Source: a virus | IMG/VR virus record: IMGVR_UViG_3300037493_003260 | Span: 1 to 64,000 of that record | Reading direction: 5' to 3' (one strand) | DNA length: 64,000 nt | Part shown: positions 49,553 to 59,272 of the stretch, in pieces | Numbering within the stretch: the first letter of the stretch is position 1 | Layout of the letters: each line of letters opens with the position of its first letter | Translations under genes and position numbers: made by a program | The notes under the pieces: model-generated | What the model saw: only the letters and a program-made list of their open reading frames with translations | Told to the model about the DNA's origin: nothing | The model's database searches: none

Positions 49553-50872
49553 TTAATCGAAATCGTCAGGCCCCAACGGGTTGGAGTCCTGGTTAGGTGC
49601 TAGAAATCCCAGCACTGGTTCTATTTTTTTATTACGTACTTTTTCGATGTTGTTGTAAAAATATTCGGGCTTTAAAATTAGCAACCCCTCACTTGTCAGG
49701 GACTTTTCGTCAATGGCGGTAATTGCAGCCGTGACCACAAGTTCTTTCATGTGTGCGCCAGTATATTTGTCCGTTTTTTGAGCAATGTCTTCTAGATTCA
49801 CGCCATCCATTTTGTAGGTTTTTGTGTACAGTGCCAGCATCCGCAATCTGCCCTCGACACTAGGAAGGCCAATATCCAGGATACGGTCGAAACGCCCAGG
49901 GCGATTTCGCAAGGCGGTTTCTACGTTGTCTACCTGGTTGGTAGTCGCAATCACAATGATAAAATGATTTTCAACAAGGCCGTCCAACTGGTTCATTAGT
50001 TCCCCAAGCAATGAGGCATTCCTAACAGATTGTCTGTCTTCACTGTAGAGGTCAATGTCTTCGAGAAACAGAATTGACGGGGACAACTCACGGGCCATGT
50101 CACAAACTACTTTGACATGCTGGCTGCGCTCTAAAAATCTAGGAGTGACCCACAGAAACGTGCAGTTCGTTGAATTGCAGATAATCTTTCCAATGAGAGT
50201 TTTCCCAGTCCCTGGGGGACCTTGAAGGATTATACCCCTTTTAAATTTGATGTTGTTTTTCCTGTAGACTTCGATATTGCTAATCATTCCGTCGATATTC
50301 AGTTGCAGTTCCGTTTTTACTCTCGTAGGAATAACAACGTCATCCCAGGTATAGTTACTGGTTGGAATAAACGACAGGCTAGCATCAATTTTGGCATTAC
50401 GAAGATAGTTATGTTCTTTGGCAAAAGCTTCCAGGTCCTTTAAAAAGGACTTTGCGCAATCTTCGGCAGTGTCTTGATAGAAAACGGTTACCCACCAACC
50501 CTCGTTATGGTAGCTGTTTTGGAATTCCAAAATAAACCGCGTGTTTTCTTTTTCAAGGAAAAAGCAACCTTCAGTAAGGCAGCTCTTATAGGTCTTGGGG
50601 GCAACCTCAATGTCCTCTTTTTTGGGTGTTTGAAATCCGTTACTGCCGATACTTTTCTGGGCCAGCTTGACAAAGCGGTTTGTTTCAAGAAAAGCGTCTA
50701 AAGAAGTAACAATGATATTACGGAAATATCGTCCAACATACTCCTCGTATACCCGAAAGATGCGGTCTGCTGGGCAGCCAAGAAAGACTTGGGCTTCATG
50801 CAGCATGTAATCATTATGCCAAGCACCCAAACGGATAGCCTGAGCGAGTCCCTCAATAGTTTCTTTTCGCAT
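49553..50872 (-). CDS. Classic AAA+ ATPase
   Basis: GPPGTGKT, LFLEDID, LMNQLDG, TTN..ALRNRPGRFD. Confidence 0.92.
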   Translation of the reverse strand: MRKETIEGLAQAIRLGAWHNDYMLHEAQVFLGCPADRIFRVYEEYVGRYFRNIIVTSLDAFLETNRFVKLAQKSIGSNGFQTPKKEDIEVAPKTYKSCLTEGCFFLEKENTRFILEFQNSYHNEGWWVTVFYQDTAEDCAKSFLKDLEAFAKEHNYLRNAKIDASLSFIPTSNYTWDDVVIPTRVKTELQLNIDGMISNIEVYRKNNIKFKRGIILQGPPGTGKTLIGKIICNSTNCTFLWVTPRFLERSQHVKVVCDMARELSPSILFLEDIDLYSEDRQSVRNASLLGELMNQLDGLVENHFIIVIATTNQVDNVETALRNRPGRFDRILDIGLPSVEGRLRMLALYTKTYKMDGVNLEDIAQKTDKYTGAHMKELVVTAAITAIDEKSLTSEGLLILKPEYFYNNIEKVRNKKIEPVLGFLAPNQDSNPLGPDDFD

Positions 50873-50874
50873 GA

Positions 50875-51105
50875 TTATTTCTTTCTGTTAGAGATTTTGT
50901 GTCGCAACCATCGGTAGAATTTATTATTGTATGCCATCAAACTGTCAATAGCAGTAAACGTAAAACCCATGTCCACCAATAAAATGAGTGCAATGATTAC
51001 TGTTAGGAGATGCTCTGACCATCCCTGAAGCAAGAGAGCAATCAGCACCAACGGTGGAAGCCATTTTACAAAGCCCCGTTGCGGAGGCTTCCGCGCCTTT
51101 AACAT
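50875..51105 (-). CDS. Small membrane protein (paralog B)
   Basis: Two TM segments; GF.F.A.D.L...NNK...W. Confidence 0.7.
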   Translation of the reverse strand: MLKARKPPQRGFVKWLPPLVLIALLLQGWSEHLLTVIIALILLVDMGFTFTAIDSLMAYNNKFYRWLRHKISNRKK

Positions 51106-51386
51106 ACTTTTTTCTTTCGTTTTGTAGTGAATTTCCGTAACACCCAGGTCCGCAGTTTGTTGTTCACTTCTATCAGCCTGTCCAGAGCTGAAAATTCAAA
51201 CCCAATCTCAAACATCAGAATGACCACGATGAAGGCTTCTAAAAGTTGCATGGGACACAGATAAAGAAGTCCTGTCACTCCAATAAGATGCAGCCATTTT
51301 AATGAGTTACGGACAACACGCTTAGTCCGTTTGCCCAGCCGTGCCAAAGAAATCTGGAGAGAAGCAAGCACTTGTTGTATGTTCAT
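51099..51386 (-). CDS. Small membrane protein (paralog A)
   Basis: Same motif as neighbour. Confidence 0.7.
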   Translation of the reverse strand: MNIQQVLASLQISLARLGKRTKRVVRNSLKWLHLIGVTGLLYLCPMQLLEAFIVVILMFEIGFEFSALDRLIEVNNKLRTWVLRKFTTKRKKKVC

Positions 51387-51544
51387 TTTGGGTAGATTAC
51401 TCGCTTTCTGCGTACCACGATTATTCTGTCGCCTTTAATCAAGTGGTAGGCACGGCCTCCTGTAACAAGAATGCGCCCTAAGAACTTTGAGCCATCAATT
51501 ATCTCAAGGCTTTTTACGGGAATGGCTACCCGTACAATACTCAT
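51383..51544 (-). CDS. Unlisted 53-aa basic protein
   Basis: Manual translation MSIVRVAIPVKSLEIIDGSKFLGRILVTGG..YPK fills the gap with ATGA overlap. Confidence 0.55.
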   Translation of the reverse strand: MSIVRVAIPVKSLEIIDGSKFLGRILVTGGRAYHLIKGDRIIVVRRKRVIYPK

Positions 51545-51549
51545 CTTTC

Positions 51550-52122
51550 TCATTTTGTTGCCTCAGTCTCTGGCTTCTTTGAAGCCTTCTCTACATCAAA
51601 CCCTGCCCCGAATTTCTGAATGTGCTCTTTGTATTCTTCGCTCAGAAAATCCGTCAACTGTTTGAAGTTGTGAAAGATTTTTCCGCCATTCTTAAAGTTA
51701 TCTCGTAGCAACGAAAGAATCCAGTCATTGAATTCTGTCACGGCTTGGTAACTCACAGTGTAGATGGGAATGCCCTTTTGCCATGCCTCCACAATTTCGT
51801 GAACAGTTCCGCCATACTTTTTCGCAGGGTCATACAAAAGAATCAGAAACTTTGATGTATTGACGCAAGTTAAATCCGAGCGACGAATATCTGCTAATAC
51901 CCTATCCCAGATTAGCCATTCTCCACCACGTTTCAGATTCTCCAGTTTCTTTTTTTGTTCTTCCATGGTTGTAGCCAAACTGTGGTTGCACTCTGACTTG
52001 CATGGGTCTAAAACAATGAACCCATCATCGGCCAAAGTTTTCGTGAGTTTTTCACGCCAACCGATGCCCCCATCAGCAGCATCCTGGATACTTCCAACTA
52101 AATATGTGCTGTATCTTAACAT
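51550..52122 (-). CDS. Nucleoside 2-deoxyribosyltransferase-like protein
   Basis: YLVGSI..WR..LDP..D...V..S..GT.HE...A...IP. Confidence 0.75.
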   Translation of the reverse strand: MLRYSTYLVGSIQDAADGGIGWREKLTKTLADDGFIVLDPCKSECNHSLATTMEEQKKKLENLKRGGEWLIWDRVLADIRRSDLTCVNTSKFLILLYDPAKKYGGTVHEIVEAWQKGIPIYTVSYQAVTEFNDWILSLLRDNFKNGGKIFHNFKQLTDFLSEEYKEHIQKFGAGFDVEKASKKPETEATK

Positions 52123-52667
52123 GTTTGAATCCTATCCGTATGCCTTGCTATTTGCATACAATGCTCAATAAACTCCGAGCGAGAAGAATCTACTTTCATC
52201 CAGTTACACAGTTTGCAACAAGAAACCAGATTCTCTAAAGTGTACCCTATGGTGTTATCTACACGGTCTAAGCCAATGGTATCAATGGAATTTCCACAAT
52301 AGCTACAGGATTTATTCCAGAATTGCATAAACTCTGCAAAAGAAATATCGAAAGATACTGGCTTGGACCTTTTGGAAGCATTGCGTCTGTAGTTTCCAAA
52401 ACACTGCCTGGGCGACATACGGTACTTTTCCTTGTTTTTGATTTTGTTCTTTCTTTTGTAACCCGCAACAGCTTCTGGATGAGTTGCCTGCCAAGTGGCT
52501 ACCCGTGTCAGTGCAGCATTGGTATGTTTTATATAGTAGGCAGCCTGCTCAAGTTTTATGCATTCTTTACAGAGACACGTAAGTCCGCTTTTTGTAGATT
52601 TGTTATTATAAAACTGCCTTGAAGTTTTAAACTTTTTACAGCAAGGGCACAGTCGGTAACTTCTCAT
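52116..52667 (-). CDS. Free-standing HNH-like endonuclease
   Basis: CSYCG..GLDRVDNTIGY..N.VSCC..CN. Confidence 0.85.
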   Translation of the reverse strand: MRSYRLCPCCKKFKTSRQFYNNKSTKSGLTCLCKECIKLEQAAYYIKHTNAALTRVATWQATHPEAVAGYKRKNKIKNKEKYRMSPRQCFGNYRRNASKRSKPVSFDISFAEFMQFWNKSCSYCGNSIDTIGLDRVDNTIGYTLENLVSCCKLCNWMKVDSSRSEFIEHCMQIARHTDRIQTC

Positions 52668-53644
52668 GCTGTGTATAGCTTTCCGTTAACAAGAAGCTTT
52701 CCCTTGATAATTCGTCTGATACTGGGAAAAAAACTTCCATCAGGCAGATAGTCTACCTCACAAAAAGCGTGGTCCCAGCTATTAGGCTTACCATGCTGCC
52801 ATTCAGGGTTTTTATCGCAAAGACAACCAATGGATGCTGACCAAAATGCTAGTTCCCGTGCAGGTGTCGGCATTGTAAAGACTTGTATTTGATGGGTATG
52901 TCCAAAAATTACGTTTTCGCAATACACACGAGCGTGCTGCATAGCATGGTGAGTACCATAGTAAAAGCCATGTGTGTAATTTAGCTTACCCAACTTAATC
53001 TTATCGTTGTATTTTATGACTATCCAGCCACGCTTAGCGAGACTGAGACGTTCCCGAATATCAATGTGCTTTTTCCAGTAATCGCCATCAGGTTTGGCAA
53101 TAATTTTATCTGCACGGTCTTCGTGATTCCCAAGCAAAAAATACTTTACACACCCTGCAGGAAGAACTTTTTCGACGCTAGAAAGAATTTTGTTAGCCTC
53201 TAGAAATTCTAAGTCTAGTGACTTTAGTTCTTCGGTAGTTAAATTGATTTGACGCTGTTTTTCTTTCCCAAGCAGAGCCGTGTAGTCCATAAAATCCCCA
53301 AAAATCACAGTATGTGTAGGCTGGTAATCCTTGCAACGTTGCAATGCAATGCTAATCGCCTGCTGATTATGGTACGGAATTTGGCAATCACTCCAGCAGA
53401 ACACCCTCTCCAATTTACCAAGGGAAGGAATCTGAGCCTTCTTCAAGGCAGCAGCCGATGGCGTAACCACCAAGGGCTGGTACTCCAAAAGGGTCTTTCT
53501 GCGCTCAAAATCTGTGTCAATATCATACTTCCGACAGGCACGGCGTACACTACTCTCGTCGGTGCCAAGGGCTTCGGCAACATCAAGCTTAACATAGTTA
53601 TGCTTCTTTAGCACTGCTAAAAGCTGAACTTTTGTAAGTTTCAT
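52664..53644 (-). CDS. Calcineurin-like metallophosphoesterase with N-terminal HTH
   Basis: SD.Q.P, GDFMD, GNHE, THG, GHTH; start reset to MKLTK after GGGAGGAG. Confidence 0.88.
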   Translation of the reverse strand: MKLTKVQLLAVLKKHNYVKLDVAEALGTDESSVRRACRKYDIDTDFERRKTLLEYQPLVVTPSAAALKKAQIPSLGKLERVFCWSDCQIPYHNQQAISIALQRCKDYQPTHTVIFGDFMDYTALLGKEKQRQINLTTEELKSLDLEFLEANKILSSVEKVLPAGCVKYFLLGNHEDRADKIIAKPDGDYWKKHIDIRERLSLAKRGWIVIKYNDKIKLGKLNYTHGFYYGTHHAMQHARVYCENVIFGHTHQIQVFTMPTPARELAFWSASIGCLCDKNPEWQHGKPNSWDHAFCEVDYLPDGSFFPSIRRIIKGKLLVNGKLYTA

Positions 53645-53683
53645 ATTTTTATCTCCTCCCTTATTGTTATACCTTCTATTATC

Positions 53684-53713
53684 ATTATACCCTAAATTGG
53701 ACCTGTTTGTCAA
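53684..53713 (-). promoter_or_regulatory. Sigma70-type promoter within the 3' end of sbcC
   Basis: TTGACA-18 bp-TATAAT. Confidence 0.75.
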
Positions 53714-55385
53714 CCCCTGTAATACCGTTTTCTTTTTTAAGCTCTATCCTTTGCTTGAAACAATCCTTTACCTGGGTATGGGTAATTACAAGGATATGCT
53801 TAAATTTTGCTTCCAGGTTAGCTAGGGTATTGAAGAAATTCACCTGGTTAAGCTCATCAAGGCTCCCAAGGCCCTCGTCTATAATGAGGGTTTCCACCTT
53901 AAAGTTGTTCCGTTTGGCTAATAGTTCTGAAAGGCCCAATCGAATAGCCAGGTCGATTAGGAGTTTCTCCCCGCCGCTGTAGTTAACGTACGGCTTGGTT
54001 TCCAGACCATCATTTAGGACAATTTCAAAGGTATCCACCATCTCCCCTTGGCGGCCCTCATGCTGGGTAATAATATCAATGGACAAAGGGAGGTCGGCCA
54101 GCAACTTCAAATTATTGTTAATTGCCACGGCTAACTCCTTAACCACGTTATCCACGACCAGAAGAGGAATGCCCTTAGGTCCGAACGCCTCTTGTAGGCA
54201 TACGTAGACGGCTAGGTTTTTTTGTGCTTTTTCTAGCTGAGCTTGCAATTTTGCAAGGTCCATTTCTAATGTGCTAGAATTGGCAGCAACTGCACCAAAA
54301 GCCTTAATCTCAGCATCCAACATAGTTGTTTGTTTTTCCAACTCCTTAGTGTCGGTCCGTTTAGAGTCCAACTTAAGTAACCGTAACTCCCCTTCCAGTG
54401 TAGCCATTTTAGTTGCGTTATCCACGAGTGAAAAATGGAGAGTTTGCTGCTCTTCTTTTAATGTCGCAATGCTAGCTTTCAGAGTCTCTTGTAGTTCCAA
54501 GAGAAAATCTTCAATCAGTTCCGTTTTGCAAAGAGGGCAATGTGCACCAGTATCATTCCCAAGAACCCGAAGTTGGTCTTCGATTTTTGTTATCTGAGCA
54601 GCTATAGTTGCAAACACAGCATCCTGGGAAGTTCTAAAAGATGACAATTGGGAAAGTTGCTCTAAAATAGTAACGTTCTGAGCTTCAGCTTTAGTAAGAG
54701 CTTCCACGGTTGCCTCATACTGGACCTGGGCAATTTTACGACTCTGTACCTTATCCTGGTAAAGCTGGTTGCTATTCCTATAGGTTTCTAATTGAGTTTC
54801 CAAAGAACTGATGTCTGTTTGAAAATGCCCAATGGAGGCTGCTAAGTTACTGGATTTTTCAGAAGCTAATTTTCGATACTGCCTATATTTGTTAAGCTGA
54901 AGAATATCCAAAATAACATTGGCGGCTTCCGCAGGAGTTAGATTAGAAAAACTATTGGCCTGTCCTTGCTCGATACATGAACTATTTTTAAAAATCTCAT
55001 ACGACATACCAAGCAGATTGACGATAGCAGTTTGTGTGTCTTTTATTGTGGGTCCTGATAAGTCCTCCCAGCGGTCCAACTTCCAAGCATGGAGTTCCAG
55101 TACAGTTTTTGAATCCCTAACACGTGCTCTTGTGACCTTCCAAAGATTTCCACTGACACGAAAAGTCACAGCGACTTCACAGAACGCCTGCCCTGTGGAA
55201 ATCATAGCGTCCCCAGCACCGCTTACCCTGGCTTTTCCCCATAGGCCCCAAGTAATTGAGTCAGAAACGAGCGAAGACTTCCCTGCCCCATTAGGACCAA
55301 AAACACCAACCAGCCCTCCCGAAAGGCTAATGTTGGTGTTTCGGTGTGATAAAAAATTCGTGAGCTGAATGCTCGTTATATCCAT
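53685..55385 (-). CDS. sbcC: SbcC/Rad50 (gp46-like) ATPase
   Basis: GPNGAGKS, Q-loop IEQG, CPLC zinc hook, YSGGE, IIDEG..LD, ITH. Confidence 0.92.
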   Translation of the reverse strand: MDITSIQLTNFLSHRNTNISLSGGLVGVFGPNGAGKSSLVSDSITWGLWGKARVSGAGDAMISTGQAFCEVAVTFRVSGNLWKVTRARVRDSKTVLELHAWKLDRWEDLSGPTIKDTQTAIVNLLGMSYEIFKNSSCIEQGQANSFSNLTPAEAANVILDILQLNKYRQYRKLASEKSSNLAASIGHFQTDISSLETQLETYRNSNQLYQDKVQSRKIAQVQYEATVEALTKAEAQNVTILEQLSQLSSFRTSQDAVFATIAAQITKIEDQLRVLGNDTGAHCPLCKTELIEDFLLELQETLKASIATLKEEQQTLHFSLVDNATKMATLEGELRLLKLDSKRTDTKELEKQTTMLDAEIKAFGAVAANSSTLEMDLAKLQAQLEKAQKNLAVYVCLQEAFGPKGIPLLVVDNVVKELAVAINNNLKLLADLPLSIDIITQHEGRQGEMVDTFEIVLNDGLETKPYVNYSGGEKLLIDLAIRLGLSELLAKRNNFKVETLIIDEGLGSLDELNQVNFFNTLANLEAKFKHILVITHTQVKDCFKQRIELKKENGITGVDKQVQFRV

Positions 55386-55723
55386 TATGGTTTTGGTTTC
55401 AGAAGCTTCGCTATCTCCTCAGCAACCAGCTTCCGTAATCCATCCTCGTTAGATTTGAGAACTTCTGTTGATTCAACGGCCTTAGCTACCTCGTGAAACT
55501 TAGCTACATCTTTAATGGGGGGCAAGAACTGGCAGCTAAATTGCTTCTTGCTTGCGTCAAAGGTGCTAACAATACTTCGGAGTTCGTTGAGAACCTTACT
55601 TAAAAGATTCTGCATCTCGGTGTCATACTTTGATGCATCGTCAACTTTGACTTTGAACTCCAGCGGAATTATCCAAACCTTCTCTTGGTTTAGATTACTT
55701 GGGTTTTCTAACGGGTGTGTCAT
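55385..55723 (-). CDS. Hypothetical protein
   Basis: Tiled ORF with GGAG SD. Confidence 0.65.
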   Translation of the reverse strand: MTHPLENPSNLNQEKVWIIPLEFKVKVDDASKYDTEMQNLLSKVLNELRSIVSTFDASKKQFSCQFLPPIKDVAKFHEVAKAVESTEVLKSNEDGLRKLVAEEIAKLLKPKP

Positions 55724-55938
55724 GGGTGTGTCTCCAGTACTTGTGGCGTTTCAGGCACCTTAGCCTGTTGACTTCCTTCTACTTGGGCATAAATCAGAAC
55801 CGTCCAAAAAGCAAGAATCGGCCCGTACAGAAAGAGCCACTCAGGGGCGTGAAACCTCAGCGTTAAATAAAGCGGAAGAATTACCGAGGTATATAAAGCT
55901 AAAAAAACAATCCAACGTACTGTTTGAACAACGTTCAT
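55720..55938 (-). CDS. Small two-TM membrane protein
   Basis: Start MNVV after AAGGAG; two hydrophobic helices. Confidence 0.65.
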   Translation of the reverse strand: MNVVQTVRWIVFLALYTSVILPLYLTLRFHAPEWLFLYGPILAFWTVLIYAQVEGSQQAKVPETPQVLETHP

Positions 55939-56069
55939 GTTTGCTCCTTTGGGTACACGTCTATTTTGTTGTTGCAATCTTTGCAAAAAACCACGACGGT
56001 ACCCTTTATTTCTCGTTCTTGAACATTCTTGCTGTTACAGAATGGGCATGATTCGTATTTAATTGGCAT
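55935..56069 (-). CDS. Small zinc-ribbon protein
   Basis: MPIKYESCPFC..CKDC. Confidence 0.6.
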   Translation of the reverse strand: MPIKYESCPFCNSKNVQEREIKGTVVVFCKDCNNKIDVYPKEQT

Positions 56070-56283
56070 TGGAAACCCGCCTGCCCTTTCTAGGTGTAGC
56101 ACCTTGCTTTTTATAGTGTCCTGAACAGGATAGGTACCTGGCGTATGCCTCGCCCGACATAGAAGGGACTGAGTTGAGGGCTGCATAGTTAATTGGTGTC
56201 CGTTTTTTAATGGGAAGCTTAGGAAGACCAACCAGCATCTCTTTTTTTGTTCTAAAGCCACCCCAGCGATTTTTAATTGACAT
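56059..56283 (-). CDS. Hypothetical basic protein
   Basis: MSIKNR after GGAGG SD. Confidence 0.55.
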   Translation of the reverse strand: MSIKNRWGGFRTKKEMLVGLPKLPIKKRTPINYAALNSVPSMSGEAYARYLSCSGHYKKQGATPRKGRRVSNAN

Positions 56284-56473
56284 AGCCAGTTCCTCCGCAT
56301 GAAATGCAATCTTCATAATGACAGTCAGCCTCACCAGGCATGTATAAACGTCCTTCGCCACGGCAAATGTTACAGACAGCGGGTGTGCCGTTTTTTCTGC
56401 TAGGTGTAACCCGTGTCTTTGGATTAATGCCCCAGACGTGACGCACTTTAGGTGTTTTCGGTTTTCGGCTCAT
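56273..56473 (-). CDS. Small basic protein with DnaJ-like CxxCxGxG repeats
   Basis: CNICRGEG and CISCGGTG; GGAGG SD. Confidence 0.6.
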   Translation of the reverse strand: MSRKPKTPKVRHVWGINPKTRVTPSRKNGTPAVCNICRGEGRLYMPGEADCHYEDCISCGGTGYVN

Positions 56474-57167
56474 TCTGTATGTCCTCCATAAGTTTTGGAA
56501 ACGTTGCGGGCGTGAGGCATTCATTATGCCCGTACTCTATGACTCGATTATAAAGACGTAGGTAATCATAGGGTTGCCAGGTAGGCTTAACACGGTCTTC
56601 GGGATGGTAGTCTCTGATGATACCCCAGTAGCCCAAGTGGCCAAACGGGGGAACAGCAAGATACCGAACTACCGTATCATTGCGACTAGACCAAACCACA
56701 CAGTACTGTGCTTGCTTGGACATTAGTAATTCATCCAGCCAGTTCTTCTGAATATGAGCAGAAATCACAGCACCAAATAAATGATAGCCCTCAATTTTTA
56801 AACTCCAGGGTCCCCTAGAATTATCTCGAAGAACTTCATGGGAAACCCAAGACCCGAATGAATGGGCAACAATATGCACTTTGTAGTCAGGATAATTACG
56901 GGCAGTTGCCGTAAGAAATGTTCTAAAAAGTTTGGCAGCAAACGGGGCTACAAATTTTGATAGTCCTACCCAAGCCATAGTGTTAATAATAAACGCCCAC
57001 ACAGGGCCAATGATGCCATACGAGAACGGAAGATGCACTAACGTTTTTGATGTCATGTCAGCAGCATAGTTGGCTTTGAGCCACTTGTTAAAATCCATCT
57101 GCCATGCGTCACTAGCATCAATGTTAGAACAAATGCCATGTAGAGTAACGATTAATATTTTATCCAT
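56448..57167 (-). CDS. Alpha/beta-hydrolase fold protein
   Basis: LHGI, nucleophile elbow AHSFG, ND.VV, GH. Confidence 0.75.
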   Translation of the reverse strand: MDKILIVTLHGICSNIDASDAWQMDFNKWLKANYAADMTSKTLVHLPFSYGIIGPVWAFIINTMAWVGLSKFVAPFAAKLFRTFLTATARNYPDYKVHIVAHSFGSWVSHEVLRDNSRGPWSLKIEGYHLFGAVISAHIQKNWLDELLMSKQAQYCVVWSSRNDTVVRYLAVPPFGHLGYWGIIRDYHPEDRVKPTWQPYDYLRLYNRVIEYGHNECLTPATFPKLMEDIQNEPKTENT

Positions 57168-58116
57168 TCAAGGTCTCCTTGATGATTAGCAATCCCTGGG
57201 ACACTAGAGTTTCTTTGTTCAGATGGTCTTTGAAGAATTCTTCTAGTGCCGCTTGCTCCGAAACTGATTCATTGATAACTTCGTTTCGTGGTACTGCTTT
57301 GTCCGTAATATCGAAAGCTATTTTCAAACTGTAAACGCCTCGTGAAGAAAGATACTGATGTAACTGGGCTGAGTCAACTGACTTTAAAGCTTCCCGTGTG
57401 CCAGAAAAAATAACTTTGACCATTGCCCCTGTAAGGTCAACGCCAGACCATGGAGGAACACTGAACTGTGTTTCTGTGACAAGCAGATGGTATTGATACA
57501 TGGGCCTTGTGGGTAAATCTATGCAAGATTCCAATTTTGAATCCGTAAAAACCCACAATCGCTTTTTATCCTTGTCCTCTGCAAACGTGACCTTATCCAG
57601 GCTACCAGCGTAGAATGCTAGGGGCTTCTCTTGCAATATTTGGGGTTTGTGAAGATGCCCAAATGCAAATGTATGACAATCAGGATTCTTTTGAATAATG
57701 TCAGAAAGAGCGTGGCCTTCTGTCATCTTGAATCCATTATCAGCCATGGCCCCAGATATTTGCACATGGTCAAAATAAAATCCATCAAGTTTAAACGGGG
57801 GGTGTACCACGGCAACTTGTGAGGTCGCCAAATCCTGTAAATAGGACAACGCTGAAATATCTCTATCCAGGTCATGGTTGCCTTCTAGTAGAATAATGCC
57901 TGTTCCGACACAATCACGCAAAGCGAGTAGCCAGCGGTTCAAAAGCCGCAACTCACGAGGTGACGGTCGGCGTTTGTCAAAGATGTCTCCCAGGGCTACA
58001 AAATAATCAGGATGAATACGGCCAACCTCTCCAAGAATGTGCTGGAGAAGATTGGCTGTATCAATGTAGCGTCTGTCCTCGTTAATGTGGAAGTCAGCGG
58101 AGACTACCAGCTTCAT
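57160..58116 (-). CDS. sbcD: SbcD/Mre11 (gp47-like) nuclease
   Basis: ADFH, GDIFD, GNHD, GHLHKPQ, YAGS..F.E. Confidence 0.92.
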   Translation of the reverse strand: MKLVVSADFHINEDRRYIDTANLLQHILGEVGRIHPDYFVALGDIFDKRRPSPRELRLLNRWLLALRDCVGTGIILLEGNHDLDRDISALSYLQDLATSQVAVVHPPFKLDGFYFDHVQISGAMADNGFKMTEGHALSDIIQKNPDCHTFAFGHLHKPQILQEKPLAFYAGSLDKVTFAEDKDKKRLWVFTDSKLESCIDLPTRPMYQYHLLVTETQFSVPPWSGVDLTGAMVKVIFSGTREALKSVDSAQLHQYLSSRGVYSLKIAFDITDKAVPRNEVINESVSEQAALEEFFKDHLNKETLVSQGLLIIKETLNG

Positions 58117-58117
58117 G

Positions 58118-58405
58118 TTATTTCTTACTGCCAGGAACCCAGAGCTTATTTTGCTTGCCCTGTTTGGACTGTTCGACTAGCCCCGACAGATGCTTGACGA
58201 CCGCTAATGCCGTCTCATCGTTTTCGTATGTCTTGAACACTCGACTTGTGACATACATGGCCAGAGGTCGTGTCAGGTTCTGAATATTCTGAACTTGAAT
58301 TTCCTGGGTGTCAGGATGATAGGTAATAAGCATCTTGACCGCTTTGGTTTCTCTTGCTATGTCCTCAGGGGTGGATTCCTGGGGTTTCTCAGTTTCGTCA
58401 GCCAT
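58118..58405 (-). CDS. Hypothetical protein
   Basis: AAGGAG SD; C-terminal KLWVPG. Confidence 0.7.
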   Translation of the reverse strand: MADETEKPQESTPEDIARETKAVKMLITYHPDTQEIQVQNIQNLTRPLAMYVTSRVFKTYENDETALAVVKHLSGLVEQSKQGKQNKLWVPGSKK

Positions 58406-58420
58406 TGATTAATCTCCTTT

Positions 58421-58735
58421 TTATTTTAAGTGCAATTTTTTGACTTGCCCCACAAGGGCAATGTCGCCAAAGTCAATCATAAACATTGGCTCTTTACCTT
58501 CTTTTAAAGCCTCATTGTAAATCTTGAACAAGTCGGCACGGTTCAGTTTGTAGGATTGCTTTGCGGTCATCTTGTGCTCAAGCAAGTCGTTAGGGTAAGA
58601 TATGTCCCCCTTTGAAAACGGGGTCGCCCCTGAATTGGGCGTTATCCGACCGCCAGTTTGCTCAGCGATTTTTTTTACTCGTTTATCGCTTTGTTCCCTG
58701 TAGCTTTCCTCGTTATTCATCCACTTTGGTTTCAC
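58421..58735 (-). CDS. PD-(D/E)xK nuclease, archaeal-type Holliday junction resolvase-like
   Basis: NSGA..KGD..LEHK. Confidence 0.7.
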   Translation of the reverse strand: MKPKWMNNEESYREQSDKRVKKIAEQTGGRITPNSGATPFSKGDISYPNDLLEHKMTAKQSYKLNRADLFKIYNEALKEGKEPMFMIDFGDIALVGQVKKLHLK

Positions 58736-58949
58736 GTTTGTTCTCCGTCATCAACCAAGCAGCAAGCATTGTGCACAGCTCGTTGTCACGCTCAAACTCA
58801 GCGTAATCCGTGTAGTGTTGCCAGTTAGCTAAATTAGCTAAAAGGTCTGTGTACAGTTCGTTTGCAATCCCACTCGTGCGCCGTCTGACCATATACGCCA
58901 TAGCATCCTCCGTTAAATCAATTTTAATTTTATTCCAAGTTCTTTCCAA
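58713..58949 (-). CDS. Hypothetical protein
   Basis: Tiled ORF. Confidence 0.5.
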   Translation of the reverse strand: MERTWNKIKIDLTEDAMAYMVRRRTSGIANELYTDLLANLANWQHYTDYAEFERDNELCTMLAAWLMTENKRETKVDE

Positions 58950-59155
58950 ACCTGTTCGATTAAATCAAATTCTTTCAGCTTCTTATTCGTGGCTAGTATA
59001 ATGGTATAGGTGCCACGGGTGTCATAAATTATGACCGTCTTATGAAAGACACGAGTATTGACTTCTACGAGAAGTTGCCAAGTAGTTTCGCTTACTCTAA
59101 ACCAATGCTTAGTTGCTGTTATCGTCTTTTCCATCAGGTCCTTTGATACGCTCAT
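58913..59155 (-). CDS. Hypothetical protein
   Basis: Tiled ORF. Confidence 0.5.
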   Translation of the reverse strand: MSVSKDLMEKTITATKHWFRVSETTWQLLVEVNTRVFHKTVIIYDTRGTYTIILATNKKLKEFDLIEQVWKELGIKLKLI

Positions 59156-59272
59156 TTAAAAAACGGTCAAGTGGGTCGTTAACCATTGGCTGATTGTTAG
59201 CGTGATATTTACAGAAAAATTCGACATGATTTTTCATAATAAAGCAACCGCAGGCGAGGCTCACTGTGTCGT

